This document shows positions 12,007-24,474 of a stretch of 64,000 nt of DNA, one piece after another. A program made the position numbers and the translations under genes. Origin of the DNA: Octopus sinensis (Eukaryota); assembly GCF_006345805.1 (NCBI RefSeq), contig NC_043007.1, forward strand, positions 48,980,001 to 49,044,000, given 5' to 3'. Within the stretch, counting starts at the first letter, position 1; every line of letters starts with the position of its first letter. Under the pieces are notes generated by a model. It was not told the origin of the DNA and did no database searches. It worked only from the letters and a program-made list of their open reading frames with translations.

Positions 12007-13112
12007 GGTTACAGTTTCGCCGGCACGTCTGGAAGAAAAGGGACAGCCCTTTGTTTACTGGGAGACTAATGGCTTTTGGAAGGACCTTTGCCCTTGTGCC
12101 GGTCGAGAAGGGGTCAGAGAGAATGTGGAAGAGGAAGACAGATTAAGGGATCTGAGAGCTGTCGTGAGAGAGATAGGCAGTAGGGCTGAGAGCAGATAGA
12201 GAGTATGGCAGAGCTGTCATGAGAGGGTGATAGGCAGCGGGCGAGAAAGATAGAGTAGGGAATCTAAGAGCAGATTTAGAGGGTATTGGCAGTAAGAGAG
12301 GATGAGGGGCAGAGAGAAGAAAAGTAGTGAGAGAGATAGAGTATAAGGCTAAGGGACAGATTGAGGCGATAGAGATAGGCAGTAAGGGAGCAGGGCAGTT
12401 AGAGAGGAAGTGAGGTCTTGGGAGTTGGAGTCGGTCGTCGAAGTGGGATTCTGGAAGTCAGAGCGAGTAGGTGGAATCTTAGGAGCAAGCGGTGGAATCT
12501 TAGGAGCAAGCAAGTTGGGATGCAGGAGTTTGGCAAGCTGGATTTAGCAGTATTGAGAGAGAGATGAGAGCAGAATGGGACACTGGCGATTCAGTTAGGA
12601 ATTAAGGTATGTGATTGTGTATTGATACGTGTCACGGTGTAAAGAGACAGTGAAAAGAAATGAACGGTGAAAAGAACAGTAAAGGACTTGTTGAATTGTA
12701 ACGTGAATTGTTGTGATACGAACATTGTATAATGTATCGAAGTGTTCTGATTGGACTGTGACGTATCGTGAACATTATTTGATCTGGACTTGTTGTGTCG
12801 TTACTGAACACTGTTATATTGTTACATGCATGTTGTTAAATGCTTTGATCTGTGGTATACCCGTATGATGTATTGATTTGTTGTTTGCCTTAAATGCTTT
12901 GATGTTGTAACCATTGATTGTCATATAAACTAGTTGTTGAATGTAAGCCAGTGTTGCCAGTGTTGCCTTGCCTCTGTGCCTCTGTATCTCTCTGTGCTGC
13001 TGCGGTTGTTGTTGTTGTGTCTCTCCTCTCCTCTCCGACGAGTTTCCGTGGCGAGAACATTCGCTGATCGAGTCGGGCCTGTCTGAGGGATTCCGTACAG
13101 TTTTCGGAGGTT
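12007..13112. mobile_element. ~1.1-kb solo-LTR-like element (termini (T/G)GTTAC...GTAACA), homologous to 34716-35780
   Basis: Inverted terminal hexamers; both ends share motifs with the 34.7k element in opposite orientation; abuts (TA)n. Confidence 0.5.
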
Positions 13113-13119
13113 CCCTCGT

Positions 13120-13173
<54 letters not shown>

Positions 13174-13329
13174 TATATATACATATATATACATATATAT
13201 ATATATATATTATATATACATATATATATATAATATATATATATATATATTATATATATATATATACATACATATATATATATACATATATATACACATA
13301 TATATATATATACATATATATATATACAT

Positions 13330-13364
<35 letters not shown>

Positions 13365-13559
13365 CATATTTATATATACATATATATATATACATATATA
13401 CATATATATACACATATATATATATACACACATATATATTTACACAAATATATATATATATATATATAAATAAACAGTAAAAATAATTACAGACATGGAC
13501 AAGAACATGAAACACCACAGAGACGACACAAGAACCACAGGACGGGACATTCGAAGCCC

Positions 13560-13621
13560 TCAGTCATCAGTCAAGAACCAGATCATCTTAGCAATTTCGG
13601 CTGATTAATCTTGAGATTGCT
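13560..13621 (-). ncRNA. Putative non-circularly permuted (pseudoknotted) hammerhead ribozyme
   Basis: Minus strand: AGCAA TC TCAAGA ttaa TCAG CC GAAA TTGCT n13 TCTTGA CTGATGA CTGA. Stem I 6 bp, stem III 5 bp, stem II 4 bp. Confidence 0.55.
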
Positions 13622-14093
13622 CCGATATGGCCAGCCCGCCAAGGGAAATCTAAGCCAAGCGCATTAGATCCCCTGGAAGAAAGCTTCGAATGTATACAAC
13701 ACGAGGACAGAAAACGAACGAAGTACACGAACAAAAATACAGAATACGTGACACCAATAGGAATACAAAAACGTAGAAACAATAACGGTAAAAATAAAAA
13801 ATAAAAAATAAACAACAGAACAAAACCAGGACGTAGGACAAGGGTCTTTCGACAGGACGAGTTGAGTATGGGGCTGGCTTGTGAAGTTGTGCCTAATGGC
13901 CGCGGGGAGACGAACAAATACGTGTTGCTTCTGCGACTGCTGAAACGAAAAGAGCGCTCAACAGCGGCTAGCGGTCACGTGAGAACAAAAGACAGGAGAA
14001 AGGGACAGATGAAAAGAGAGAGAAGGTGGACGAGGGAGGAGAAGAAAGAGACAGATCGAGGGGGCTGGAGGTGAGAGAGATAGAGATACATAC

Positions 14094-14167
<74 letters not shown>

Positions 14168-14171
<4 letters not shown>

Positions 14172-14706
14172 CGCATATTTGCCATTTGAATATGGCTAAC
14201 CCCTAAGGATGGATGCTACTGTAGTTTGTAGCCCCAGGAAGATATCTCCTCCAGCTGGCTATAGACACACTATCTGTGCCCTATCAGTATTTGTGAAGGG
14301 AAGTCATCCTTCCCGTCTTCAACTTATGATACACACGGACTCGAGTTTCAAGGTGTTTACCTATCATCAGCGTGTGACAATCATAGTTGTCGACGAGAAT
14401 TCAGTTTCCCTCACAAATACATATACTTTTTCCTGTGTCGATTGACACTGATATTGAAAAAGTGAAATCAAACAATGATAAATCTCAGAGCGAGTTATAA
14501 ACAGTAGCGGTAACACATCGTGACTTCCCTTCACAAATACTGATAGGGAACAGATAGTGTGTCTATAGCCAGCTGGAGGAGATATCTTCCTGTGGCTACA
14601 AACTACAGTAGCATCCACCCTTAGGGGTTAGCCATATTCAAATGGGAAATATGTGTCACGATGTGTTACCGCTACTGTTTATAACTCGGTCTGAGATTTA
14701 TCATTA
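14168..14706. mobile_element. Family X element: 352-bp monomer plus an inverted partial copy and tail, inside (TA)n
   Basis: 14168-14306 is inverted at 14521-14659; 14474-14524 is inverted at 14655-14706. Confidence 0.8.
14332..14376 (-). ncRNA. Minimal type-I hammerhead ribozyme
   Basis: Minus strand: CACACG CTGATGA TAGG taaaca CCTT GAAA C TCGA G TC CGTGTG. Canonical core, GUC triplet, 6-bp stem I, palindromic stem III. Confidence 0.8.
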
Positions 14707-14769
14707 TATATATATATACATATATATACATATATATACATATATACATATATATACACACATATATGT

Positions 14770-14842
<73 letters not shown>

Positions 14843-14875
14843 TAGACACATATATATTTACACAAAGATATACAC

Positions 14876-14942
<67 letters not shown>

Positions 14943-15596
14943 AAAAAAAAATATTTTGTAAAATAAATCAGTACTTTTTTTTTATTTTACCAATGAATTC
15001 ATCTAATCTAACCTAGTTTTGAATTTGAAGATAACAATTTTGTTTTTTATGCATGTCATACTGGAAACACAACTGCTGTCAGCAGTTGTACATTCTGATA
15101 CCTATATCAAACAAGGTCGACCTGTAATGTGTCACCAGTCATGCATACTATCTGCTTGTCATTGTTATTGTGGAATAAACAAAGTCAATATTATCTATTG
15201 TAGTAGGACAGCTAACTGGCGGAATCATTAACACGTCAGGTAAAATGCTCTTCTCATTCTGAGTTCAAAGTGCACGGAGGTAGACTTTGCTTTAACTCTT
15301 TTGGGGTTGATAAAATAAGTATCAGTTAAACACTCAGCTTGATGTAATCAACTTAATCCCTCCCACAAAACTGCAGGCCTTATGCGAGAATTTGAAACCA
15401 ATATTATCATTCAAAGTCTGGAACATTCCATTTGAATTTCAAGAGAATGCAAGCAGTTAATTGCAAAAGACGAAGACTAAACCCAGATAACATACGTTTT
15501 TTTTTACTTAAATTAGTGGAAATAGCAACCAGTAAATGATTTCATATTCAACGTGACTTGTCTCTGAATTTCTGACTGCTGAAAACAGTTGATTCT

Positions 15597-15772
15597 TTGT
15601 GGCTGTGTGGTAAGTAGCTTGCCTACCAACCACATGGTTCTGGGTTCAGTCCCACTGCGTGGCACCTTGAGCAAGTGTCATCTACTATAGCCTCGGGCTG
15701 ACCAAAGCCTTGTGAGTGGATTTGGTTGACGGAAACTGAAAGAAGCCCGTCATATATATGTATATATATATA

Positions 15773-15866
<94 letters not shown>

Positions 15867-16030
15867 TGTTTACGTCCCCGTAACTTAGCGGTTCGGCAAA
15901 AGACACCGATAGAATAAGTACTAAGCTTACAAAGAATAAGTCCTGGGGTCGATTTGTTCGACTAAAGGCGGTGCTCCAGCATGGCCGCAGTCAAATGACT
16001 GAAACAAGTAAAAGAGTAAAAGAGTAAAGA
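15597..16030 (+). mobile_element. tRNA-derived SINE (family B) with internal (TA)n/(TG)n microsatellite
   Basis: Head GGCTGTGTGGTAAG...GGTTCAGTCCCACTGCGTGGCACCTTG; tail GACTGAAACAAGTAAAAGAGT. Other copies or halves at 16.3k, 26.6k, 31.1k, 34.2k, 36.4k, 46.6k, 47.4k and 63.05k. Confidence 0.85.
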
Positions 16031-16906
16031 GTATATTGCAGCCTTCATGAATTAGATGGAAAGAGAATCGATCTAAGGAGAGCAAAAAGATTTTTCTAAG
16101 TTTTACCACCAACAAGTAAAATATCTGACAGACTACTTTTCCAAGTAAAATAAGGCACATAATGATGAAACACTGCAACGTTACCAGTTTATGTGGATCT
16201 GCAACAATAGGTTTGAGTTTAGAATTGGTGGGCCTCATGTTAAGAATTAATTAAAATTATTTAGATAAATTGCTACATATATACATAACTATACCGCGTT
16301 TTTTTTGTGAGTGAGCATGTATGGTTACCATACATATTTATTTTTTATTAATCTTCTTAGTCGTTCACTCATTAGACTGTGCGGGAGCACTGCCAGGAAT
16401 TTTTAGCCGAAAGAATTAAATCGATTCTAGTACATTTTTTTAAAAGCCCGTTGCTTATTCTATTTCTCTTTTACTGAACCAGTAAGTTATGGGGACGTAA
16501 ACACACCAACACCGGTTGTCAAAGACACAAAGACACACACACACAAAATTTTGCATAAAATTTTGTTGTCCATCTCCAAACCACAGCAATAGATAAGTTA
16601 ATGATAGTGAAAATTTATTCTCTGGATCAGAACAACAACCTGTCTCATAAACCTAATCTCTTTTTAACAAGTTCAACTAAATCCTATGTGTTTGATTCCA
16701 TGGTTCTTTACATTAGTGAGATTTCAACTGTGGCTATGTTGTCTCTGTCCTTATGGCTACTTGATGTATAAAAATGGGGAATGAGGTAATTCACTACAAC
16801 ACAGGGTTAGCGTCGACAATGGCACCTGAGTGTAGAAAACTATTTCGAGAAGCCTTGGTCAACTCTGCAAGCATACAAAATACAAATGTAAAAATGATGA
16901 TGAAAA

Positions 16907-16954
<48 letters not shown>

Positions 16955-17601
16955 TACATACACACCTAATTGGATGTGATCTATGTATATATGTATATTT
17001 ACATATAGGTGTATGTGTGTGTGTATGTATGTCACTTTCGAGTGCTACTGGTAACATGTAACCTAGTACAATCTGTTGCATGGTCGGGTCGTCGGCGACT
17101 AAACCGGCAACCCCACCAGCTTGCTTGGTGAGGAGGGTGTTTATTGGACACCCTACAGGATGAAAAACAAAACCCGTCAAAGGGCAGAGGAACTCTTGAG
17201 AGTCAACGGCCATCCAATAAATGTCTTAAGGCTGTATCATGCGCGGGGACATAGAAATAATCGGACTGAATACCTGATCGCGCAGTTAAACCATTGGGAG
17301 TGAAGGACTCCTAGGGCATCCTTCTAGGAGAAGGTAACTCAGGTAACTGGGATAACTCCGACATAAAACCTGCGGCTCAGTGGTTACCGATGATGCTGAC
17401 TTGTACTTCTTTTTGGATTATGGCTGCTGTTGCTTAGTGAGTGGGATTGACTCAGTGCACAGCCTTTCCTCACTTTAAAAAAATCTTCTTGCACAGGCAT
17501 TGCCCGATAACAACATTGATTAAGCTTCGTGCAATGGCTATACTCAATAACGAGGGGGGAAGCCACCATGTTATATATATATGTGTATGTGTGTATGTAT
17601 A

Positions 17602-17666
<65 letters not shown>

Positions 17667-17889
17667 GCATATATTTATATATATGTGTGTGTATATATAT
17701 ACATATATATACGCATGCAAAGACACACATATTATATATACTAGCAAACGCACCTGTCAATAATTTATTTACAAATTTGTACATCAAATTTGTAATTGGA
17801 TTATCGAGTATTAATTGAAACGGCTGTTAACAAATAACTAAGTTCCTAATCTCCATTTTCTTTTCTTCTTTTAACCGAATATAAACTCT

Positions 17890-17978
<89 letters not shown>

Positions 17979-17982
17979 ATGG

Positions 17983-18020
<38 letters not shown>

Positions 18021-18190
18021 AAATTCAAAATGCGATAAAATAAAATAAAATAAATTATTATCGCTGGTGTTTCTAGCACAGGCCATATATTATTCATATA
18101 TAAGTACATTAAAGGCGAAGTATGTACTAGAAACACAGAAGCTTGATAAATTTAGTGAAATGAAAATAAAAACTTTTACTAACTCTGTTC

Positions 18191-18265
18191 ATCTTAGACT
18201 GCAGTTTCGCCTTTTTCAGCAATAAAAATAATATTTATTTACTCAGGTAGGCTCTTCAGTAAGAT
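18191..18265 (-). ncRNA. Minimal type-I hammerhead ribozyme (unit 1)
   Basis: Minus strand: ATCTTA CTGAAGA GCCT n36 AGGC GAAA C TGCA G TC TAAGAT. Predicted cleavage between 18197 and 18196. Confidence 0.8.
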
Positions 18266-18594
18266 TCCTGTTATTATGAAGCGCAACTCGATAGACACAT
18301 GTGCGTCTACTAATTTGCTCTTTCTAACTAATCAGATCACTGCGCAGACGCAGAACGAACCCGACAAACTAGGGATTTCTGGTATATAGTCTAACGCTCA
18401 AAATTTATCGAGAAATATGTAAACAAATTCAAAATGCGATAAAATAAAATAAAATAAATTATTATCGCTGGTGTTTCTAGCACAGGCCATATATTATTCA
18501 TATATAAGTACATTAAAGGCGAAGTATGTACTAGAAACACAGAAGCTTGATAAATTTAGTGAAATGTAAATAAAAACTTTTACTAACTCTGTTC

Positions 18595-18669
18595 ATCTTA
18601 GACTGCAGTTTCGCCTTTTTCAGCAATAAAAATAATATTTATTTTCTCAGGTAGGCTCTTCAGTAAGAT
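18595..18669 (-). ncRNA. Minimal type-I hammerhead ribozyme (unit 2)
   Basis: Same core and stems as unit 1, 404 bp away; predicted cleavage between 18601 and 18600. Confidence 0.8.
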
Positions 18670-19067
18670 TCCTGTTATTATGAAGCGCAACTCGATAGAC
18701 ACATGTGCGTCTACTAATTTGCTCTTTCTAACTAATCAGATCACTGCGCAGACGCAGAACGAACCCGACAAACTAGGGATTTCTGGTATATAGTCTAACG
18801 CTCAAAATTTATCGAGAAATATGTAAACAAATTCAAAATGCGATAAAATAAAATAAAATTAATTATTATCGCTGGTGTTTCTAGCACAGGCCATATATTA
18901 TTCATATATAAGTACATTAAAGGCGAAGTATGTACTAGAAACACAGAAGCTTGATAAATTTAGTGAAATGAAAATAAAAACTTTTACTAACTCTGTTCAT
19001 CTTAGACTGCAGTTTGGCCTTTTTCAGCAATAAAAATAATATTTATATATATATATATATATTATAT

Positions 19068-19134
<67 letters not shown>

Positions 19135-19433
19135 GTCTATATAATATATATGTCTGTATACATATATGTCTATATATATATGTCTATAATAATAAAGGGT
19201 AAAATTAATTAATCAATTAATAATTAATAATTTTACCAAGTAATTCGGTATGTTAAAAGAACCATTATCGGTAAACTTATACAAAAATTCTATAATTATA
19301 TGCATAATTATAATTAGGGTTCAGCAAAATTTGCTCCACCACATACCAAAATTTAGAAATAGCAGTTAAATACTATTCCACTACCATAAGATATCTCCCA
19401 GACAGTAATACTTTACCACTCACGCAGGTAAAG

Positions 19434-19493
19434 AGAAAAAATAACGAATCCACCCGGCTTTGATCAAAGCCGGGTATATTCGTTATTTTTTCT
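19434..19493. repeat. 60-bp near-perfect palindrome
   Basis: AGAAAAAATAACGAAT.cc.ACCCGGCTTT GATC AAAGCCGGGT.at.ATTCGTTATTTTTTCT. Confidence 0.85.
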
Positions 19494-19599
19494 ATTTGAC
19501 TAAACATGACTCGCAGTTTCAGTGATTATTTTAACACACCTCTCAACACTTTGTGTGTGTGACTATTATTTGTGTGTCTTTAAAGCTTTTGAGATTCTT

Positions 19600-21365
19600 A
19601 CTAGTTAAGAATGTTGTCAATGGTCGTTCCAAGGCCTCAGAGCTCAAATCAACCAACTCAGCTTGGTGGCATTGACATTTAATTGGGCCAACTTCAAGGA
19701 ATGGAAGGGCTTACTTCAAGGAAAGTTTGCATTTATTTCTGGTTGTATTGCTTCATCCAACACGTTGCCAAAAGGACCTGACAAATTATTATTGCTTTTT
19801 GCAGGACCATCAATTTTCTGGACGAGGTGATGAAGAGCTAGCTCACCTGTATGCAAATCACATACAGTCCAAATACGTCTTCTTTCAAATTTTTTCTCTA
19901 GATAACTCATTACTTCTCCCTTCCAGCCAGTATTCACTGCTGATGAATCCCTACCGATAGCCTGCACTGAATTTTCAAGCCCCCTCTCTTGAAGCCAGCA
20001 TAAAATATTATCAGCAATTAGTTCTGTGTGTTTTTTCCCTTCCACTTTCAACTTCAGGTGTGAAATGAAACAAAAACTGACAACCAGGCTCAGAGCAGAG
20101 ACTGTAATGTTCTTTGAAGTTTTCTGGAAATTCCATCTACTTCAACCATATCTTTGGTTTCATTTATTCTTCCATCAAACAAAAGACAGGAGAGACATCC
20201 TTTTAATACTTTTTCTTGCTGATCAGATATCTCACTCATTACTTTTTCTTGCGCTCTTCTAAGTTCATTATGATCTATAACCAAGGACGAATCCTCTTGA
20301 CTGATGAGGCCTGCATCTATCCAAGCGGCACTTGCAATTTCAGCAGCCTCACGGAGTCCAGTATGGTGACGAATACTAGCTAATGCAACGTTTGAAATGT
20401 CTCTTGTTTTGTATTTTCCTCTCTTTGATATGGTTTCAGAAGATTCTTTAGAATTTTCATGTGAGATTATTTCATTTTCTTCAGAAGAACTATCAAACAA
20501 TTCTTCATTCTCTTCTTTCCTTCCCTCTCTCGGACAAGACCATTCCTTTTTTTCAGTAGAAATCTGTCTCTCTCTTTATAATCAGTTGAGCCCATTTGCA
20601 TGCTGCATTGGCCTCCTGATTTGGTTGCCTGCCTTTGTCCTCTGTGAGCTTATGAAATCAAGCTCTAGAAAAGATGTCTTCTTTTCAAGAGGGCAACAAC
20701 AATCAATGTGGGAATGATTTACTCTCTTACCAGTGGGAGAACAATCCTCTTTTGAACACAAAACTATGGAACATTTGCAGCTCAAAATATCGAACAGTGT
20801 ATCGAGTATAGAAAAGTATTTTTCATTGCCAAGTTTTCTTTACCAAGTTATGTGTGAACTGTTTTCCGCCACAATCCCATTAGTTTTAGCTCAATTGTTC
20901 GACACTGTATGATCACTGGCGGTTTAAATTGTGCATTATCTTTTGTCCACTGGCGCAGGTTGGGTATTATATCATGTATGAGTTCCCTATCTGTATAGTT
21001 CCTTTTGTCGTTGGAATTTTACTTTCGAAGTAGTAACCCAAGTCTTAAAATGTCTCTCACTGTTGGAAGCTCTGATACAAGAAGCTCTTTCTCTGTACTA
21101 GTTAACAGGCACAAGTGGGATAATATCTGGCCTCTAGTCTTCAGTGTTGACATCTTGTGAATATCTGAAAAGAGTAAAAACTAATTTAACCAAATAAAAG
21201 ATAATATAAAATTCATTTAATCAATTAAAAGATAATATAAGAGTGATATGTTGAGTCTAACCAGTTTTTCATATAAATTTTCATTTATTGTTTCAAAACA
21301 ACTCCATATCGAAAACTTAGGATAAAATTTATGTATGTTAGAGTTATTTTAATCCATTTTGGTAT

Positions 21366-21402
<37 letters not shown>

Positions 21403-21484
21403 CTCAACTCTGGGAGTAAAAAGGCACAATAATTTCACTACCAAATTAGATTTTTAGGAAGTTATCAAAATTGACACTCTCTAA
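19600..21484 (-). mobile_element. Decayed hAT-like (hATm-type) DDE transposon
   Basis: ORFs 20582-20785, 20090-20500 (LLFDGR) and 19716-20051 (IGRDSSAVNTG...WTVCDLH, CxxH motif); possible TIR TTAGAGAGTGTC ending at 21484. Confidence 0.6.
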
Positions 21485-21579
21485 TGCGTATATGTACATA
21501 CGTCAGACGACATGAGTGCGTATATAAGAGTGCGTATGTCTGGGTGTACGTGAGTGTGTATATGTATGTACTTATGTCT

Positions 21580-22480
21580 CCATTCATCTTCCCACACTGC
21601 CTCAGACTCAACACGGAAACCTACATCAAGTGCATGTAGGAAGCAGTGCTGCCCTGGGTTAAGAGAGTGGCCGCTGGAAGACCCTATGTCTGGCAACAGG
21701 ACTATGCACCAAGCCGCACAAGCAGGAGAATCCAGTCATAGCTGTCAGACAATTTCTGCGACCATACCACCCCTAACATTTGACCACCTAACTCCCCAGA
21801 CTGCAACCCCCTTGCTTATTATGAGTGGAGCGCAGTTGAGCAAGAGACCAACAAAACTCGGATCTTTTCGGTTTAACCGGCAGTCTTTCAAAATAATTTC
21901 CCCGTAACTAAACACTTTTAAACTTCGTATACTGGTAGAATATGTTTATAAAACATCTTTTTTTCTTGGTTTTATTGAGAAAATTCTATAGTTTGTAAGA
22001 TATTTGTTGTTTTTTTTCTTCAATTTCTGCAATTTCAACCAATCAATGGTGTCTATTGAGGTGAAAACATTCTGTGCCGTATGAATATGTCCCTCGTTTA
22101 AGAAACAGATTGGGTTTATTTACATTCCTGAAGAAAAAAGCTACCCTTCCCCCCACCCCTAACCCTAACCCTAACTAACCTTAACTAACCCTAACTCTAA
22201 CCCTAACCCTAAAACAGATTGAAATGCAATAGATTGATACTAGGGTCATAATTATGGGTGGCAATTTCATATGACACCGCTAGAAAAAAAAATGCCGGTC
22301 AAACCGAAAAAGATCCCAAAACTCCTTGTAATACCAAAGATGAACTGAAGGCAAGGATTATGGCATTATTCACAAGCTTAAATAAGGAGATCGTCCTAAA
22401 GAGTTGCAAAAGATTCCGATCTCTTCTTGTGACCGTGGTTGAAGCCAATGGCAATTTTATTGAATAAATTTATTCTTTAG
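21580..22480 (+). mobile_element. Tc1/mariner transposase 3' fragment split by a MITE
   Basis: YVWQQDYAP...PPNSPDCNPL...ETNKT | PCNTKDELKARI...EANGNFIE. Confidence 0.75.
21860..22316. mobile_element. 457-bp MITE with GG-start TIRs and 8-bp TSD (Merlin-like), containing (CCCTAA)n
   Basis: TIRs GGATCTTTTCGGTTTAACCGGCA / TGCCGGTCAAACCGAAAAAGATCC; TSD CAAAACTC at 21852-21859 and 22317-22324; telomere-like repeats at 22156-22212. Confidence 0.8.
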
Positions 22481-22731
22481 TATTTCAAGATATTTTTATG
22501 TAATTTTGGTGAAAATATCTATCAAAATGAGATGTCAGTGTTATTTTCCTTTTTTGGTAATTTAGACAACAGTTTATTCACTGCACCGTAATTTAGACAA
22601 CAATTTATTCATGTGTGTGCGTGTGTGTGAAACATACAACTTTCTGAATAGTGTTTTAATACAGCCTATATTCGTTAACGACTCGCATTCACAAACACAG
22701 AAATGCATTGTCACACACACACACACACACA

Positions 22732-22762
<31 letters not shown>

Positions 22763-23183
22763 CTATCATCATCATCATCATCATCATCATTATCATCATC
22801 ATTGTACATAACTAACGAAGCCACTCCTTTTGAACATATAAAAATATTTTTCAGCCTTCAGTTCAGCTGCTCTTATTTTATATTCACGCTTGATTGGGCT
22901 CTGGTATTTATTTACCTTTTATTTATTTATTCTTTATTCTTTATGTTTATATTCATGTTATATATTTTAAAGTATTTTTCTACCCTTTGAATTTTGTTTT
23001 CTGATCTTTGACCCTCATCATCAGATTCCAGCTGCCAATAAAATATAAACTGAGTACACCCTTCTATTTATTGTGGCTATCCACCTGTTTCGACAACCAA
23101 ACCTAAAGCTTCAGTCAAAAAGAAATGCTATAATGAATTGATTCTATATTTAATAGTGAGTCACACCATTAAAATTAAAACCA

Positions 23184-24470
23184 ATGCTAGACATTACCCA
23201 AATCACTGATCGCGGATCCTGGGTGGATGTTGTTTACCTGGACTTTGCTAAGGCTTTTTACTCTATGCCACACAAAAGACTTATGGTGAAACTCTCTGCG
23301 TTGGGCGTAAGTGACGAACTCTATAACTGGTTGAAGTCCTTTATTTTCGGCCGAAAAGAGGTTGTCACAGTTCTAGGACAGCACTCTTCACCCTATGAGA
23401 TGACATCTGGTGTACCACAGGGATCTGTTCTTGGCCCCCTTTTATTTATTGCGTATGTTAATGACATAGGTGCCAACTTAAAGAATGCCACAGTGCTGAA
23501 ATATGCAGATGACATCAAGCTGTACCTCGAAATAAAGAGGACAGATCCTGTACACTATAGATCTCTATTGCTGGCAGACCTGGACACAATGCAGCAGTGG
23601 GTCATGGACTGGCAACTCAAGCTGGCTGTGGACAAATGTACCACCATGCATTTTGGGAGGAGAAACCCAGCGTCCACTTACTCCCTCCACAACACTAATC
23701 TCAAAAAGTCTTCGTGTGAACGTGACCTGGGTGTTATTGTCGACAGTGATTTGCGTTGGACAAAACTCATCGCTAAAATTTCCAAGAAGGCTGAGGGTGT
23801 CTTGGCATCACTCACCAAGTCCTTTGTGAGCCGCTCTCCGGCTATCTATCTGCGGCTTTATATAGCTATAGTGCGACCTCACTTGGAATTTGCATCACCG
23901 CTCTGGAACCCCTATCTTGCCCAGGATATTAATCGTCTGGAAGCCGTTCAGCGACGTACAACCAAAAGAATACCCTCCATCAGGCATTTGCCATATTCTG
24001 AACGCCTTACTTCCCTTTGCATGGACACATTGAAACTCCGACGTCTGGCAACTGACTTGGCAGACACCCATAAAATTATTAACCATCTTACAAACAATAA
24101 CTCTGAGCACCTTTTCAAACTCCACCTGTCTAACACCCGTGGACATATTTACAAAGTCAGAAAACAGCACAGCTCCTATGACTTCAGGAAACATTTTTTC
24201 ACGCTGAGAGTTGCTGAAGCATGGAACAAACTGCCGGCATCAGTTGTTAGTTGTCGGAGCACTGCATCCTTCAAAACTTCCATGCTTTCTGAGATTCGCC
24301 AACACTACACCTGATTTTCTCCCCTCCATACACACACAAGCATGTATCTGACTCATACACTGTTCACTTTCCAGACATTTTTACATTACTGCATATAATT
24401 TATACGCCTTGTCTGACAAGTTGTGGTGCACCTGAGCACTGTATACAATAATTTCATTATTTTTATTTTT
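23184..24470 (+). mobile_element. 5'-truncated CR1-clade LINE (reverse transcriptase C-terminal half; open frame 23184-24314)
   Basis: YLDFAKAF, GVPQGSVLGPLLF, YADD and C-terminal RGH...RKHFFTLRVAEAWNKLP. Confidence 0.9.
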
Positions 24471-24474
24471 TATC

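Larger units (their letters stand above)
18017..19046 (-). repeat. 404-bp tandem repeat (~2.55 near-identical units) with one hammerhead per complete unit; non-LTR retrozyme-like
   Basis: Unit starts at 18017, 18421 and 18825; flanked by (TA)n on both sides. Confidence 0.9.

Noticed and set aside
12814-13518. Many YI/VC/HT-repeat ORFs here and at 10.7-11.4k, 14.6k, 17.4k, 36.1k, 45.8k, 60.8k and elsewhere
   Set aside because: They are translations of (TA)n, (TG)n and (CATA)n microsatellites, not genes.
15597-15680. tRNA-like sequences at SINE heads
   Set aside because: They continue into SINE bodies and lack a complete cloverleaf; no true tRNA gene is supported.
17050-17400. GC-rich segment resembling an RTE LINE 5'UTR; checked for an HDV-like ribozyme
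   Set aside because: I could not build P1/P1.1/P3/L3, and there is no adjacent ORF; left unclassified.
22156-22212. Telomere or chromosome-fusion relic
   Set aside because: Short, degenerate and enclosed within a TIR element with a TSD.
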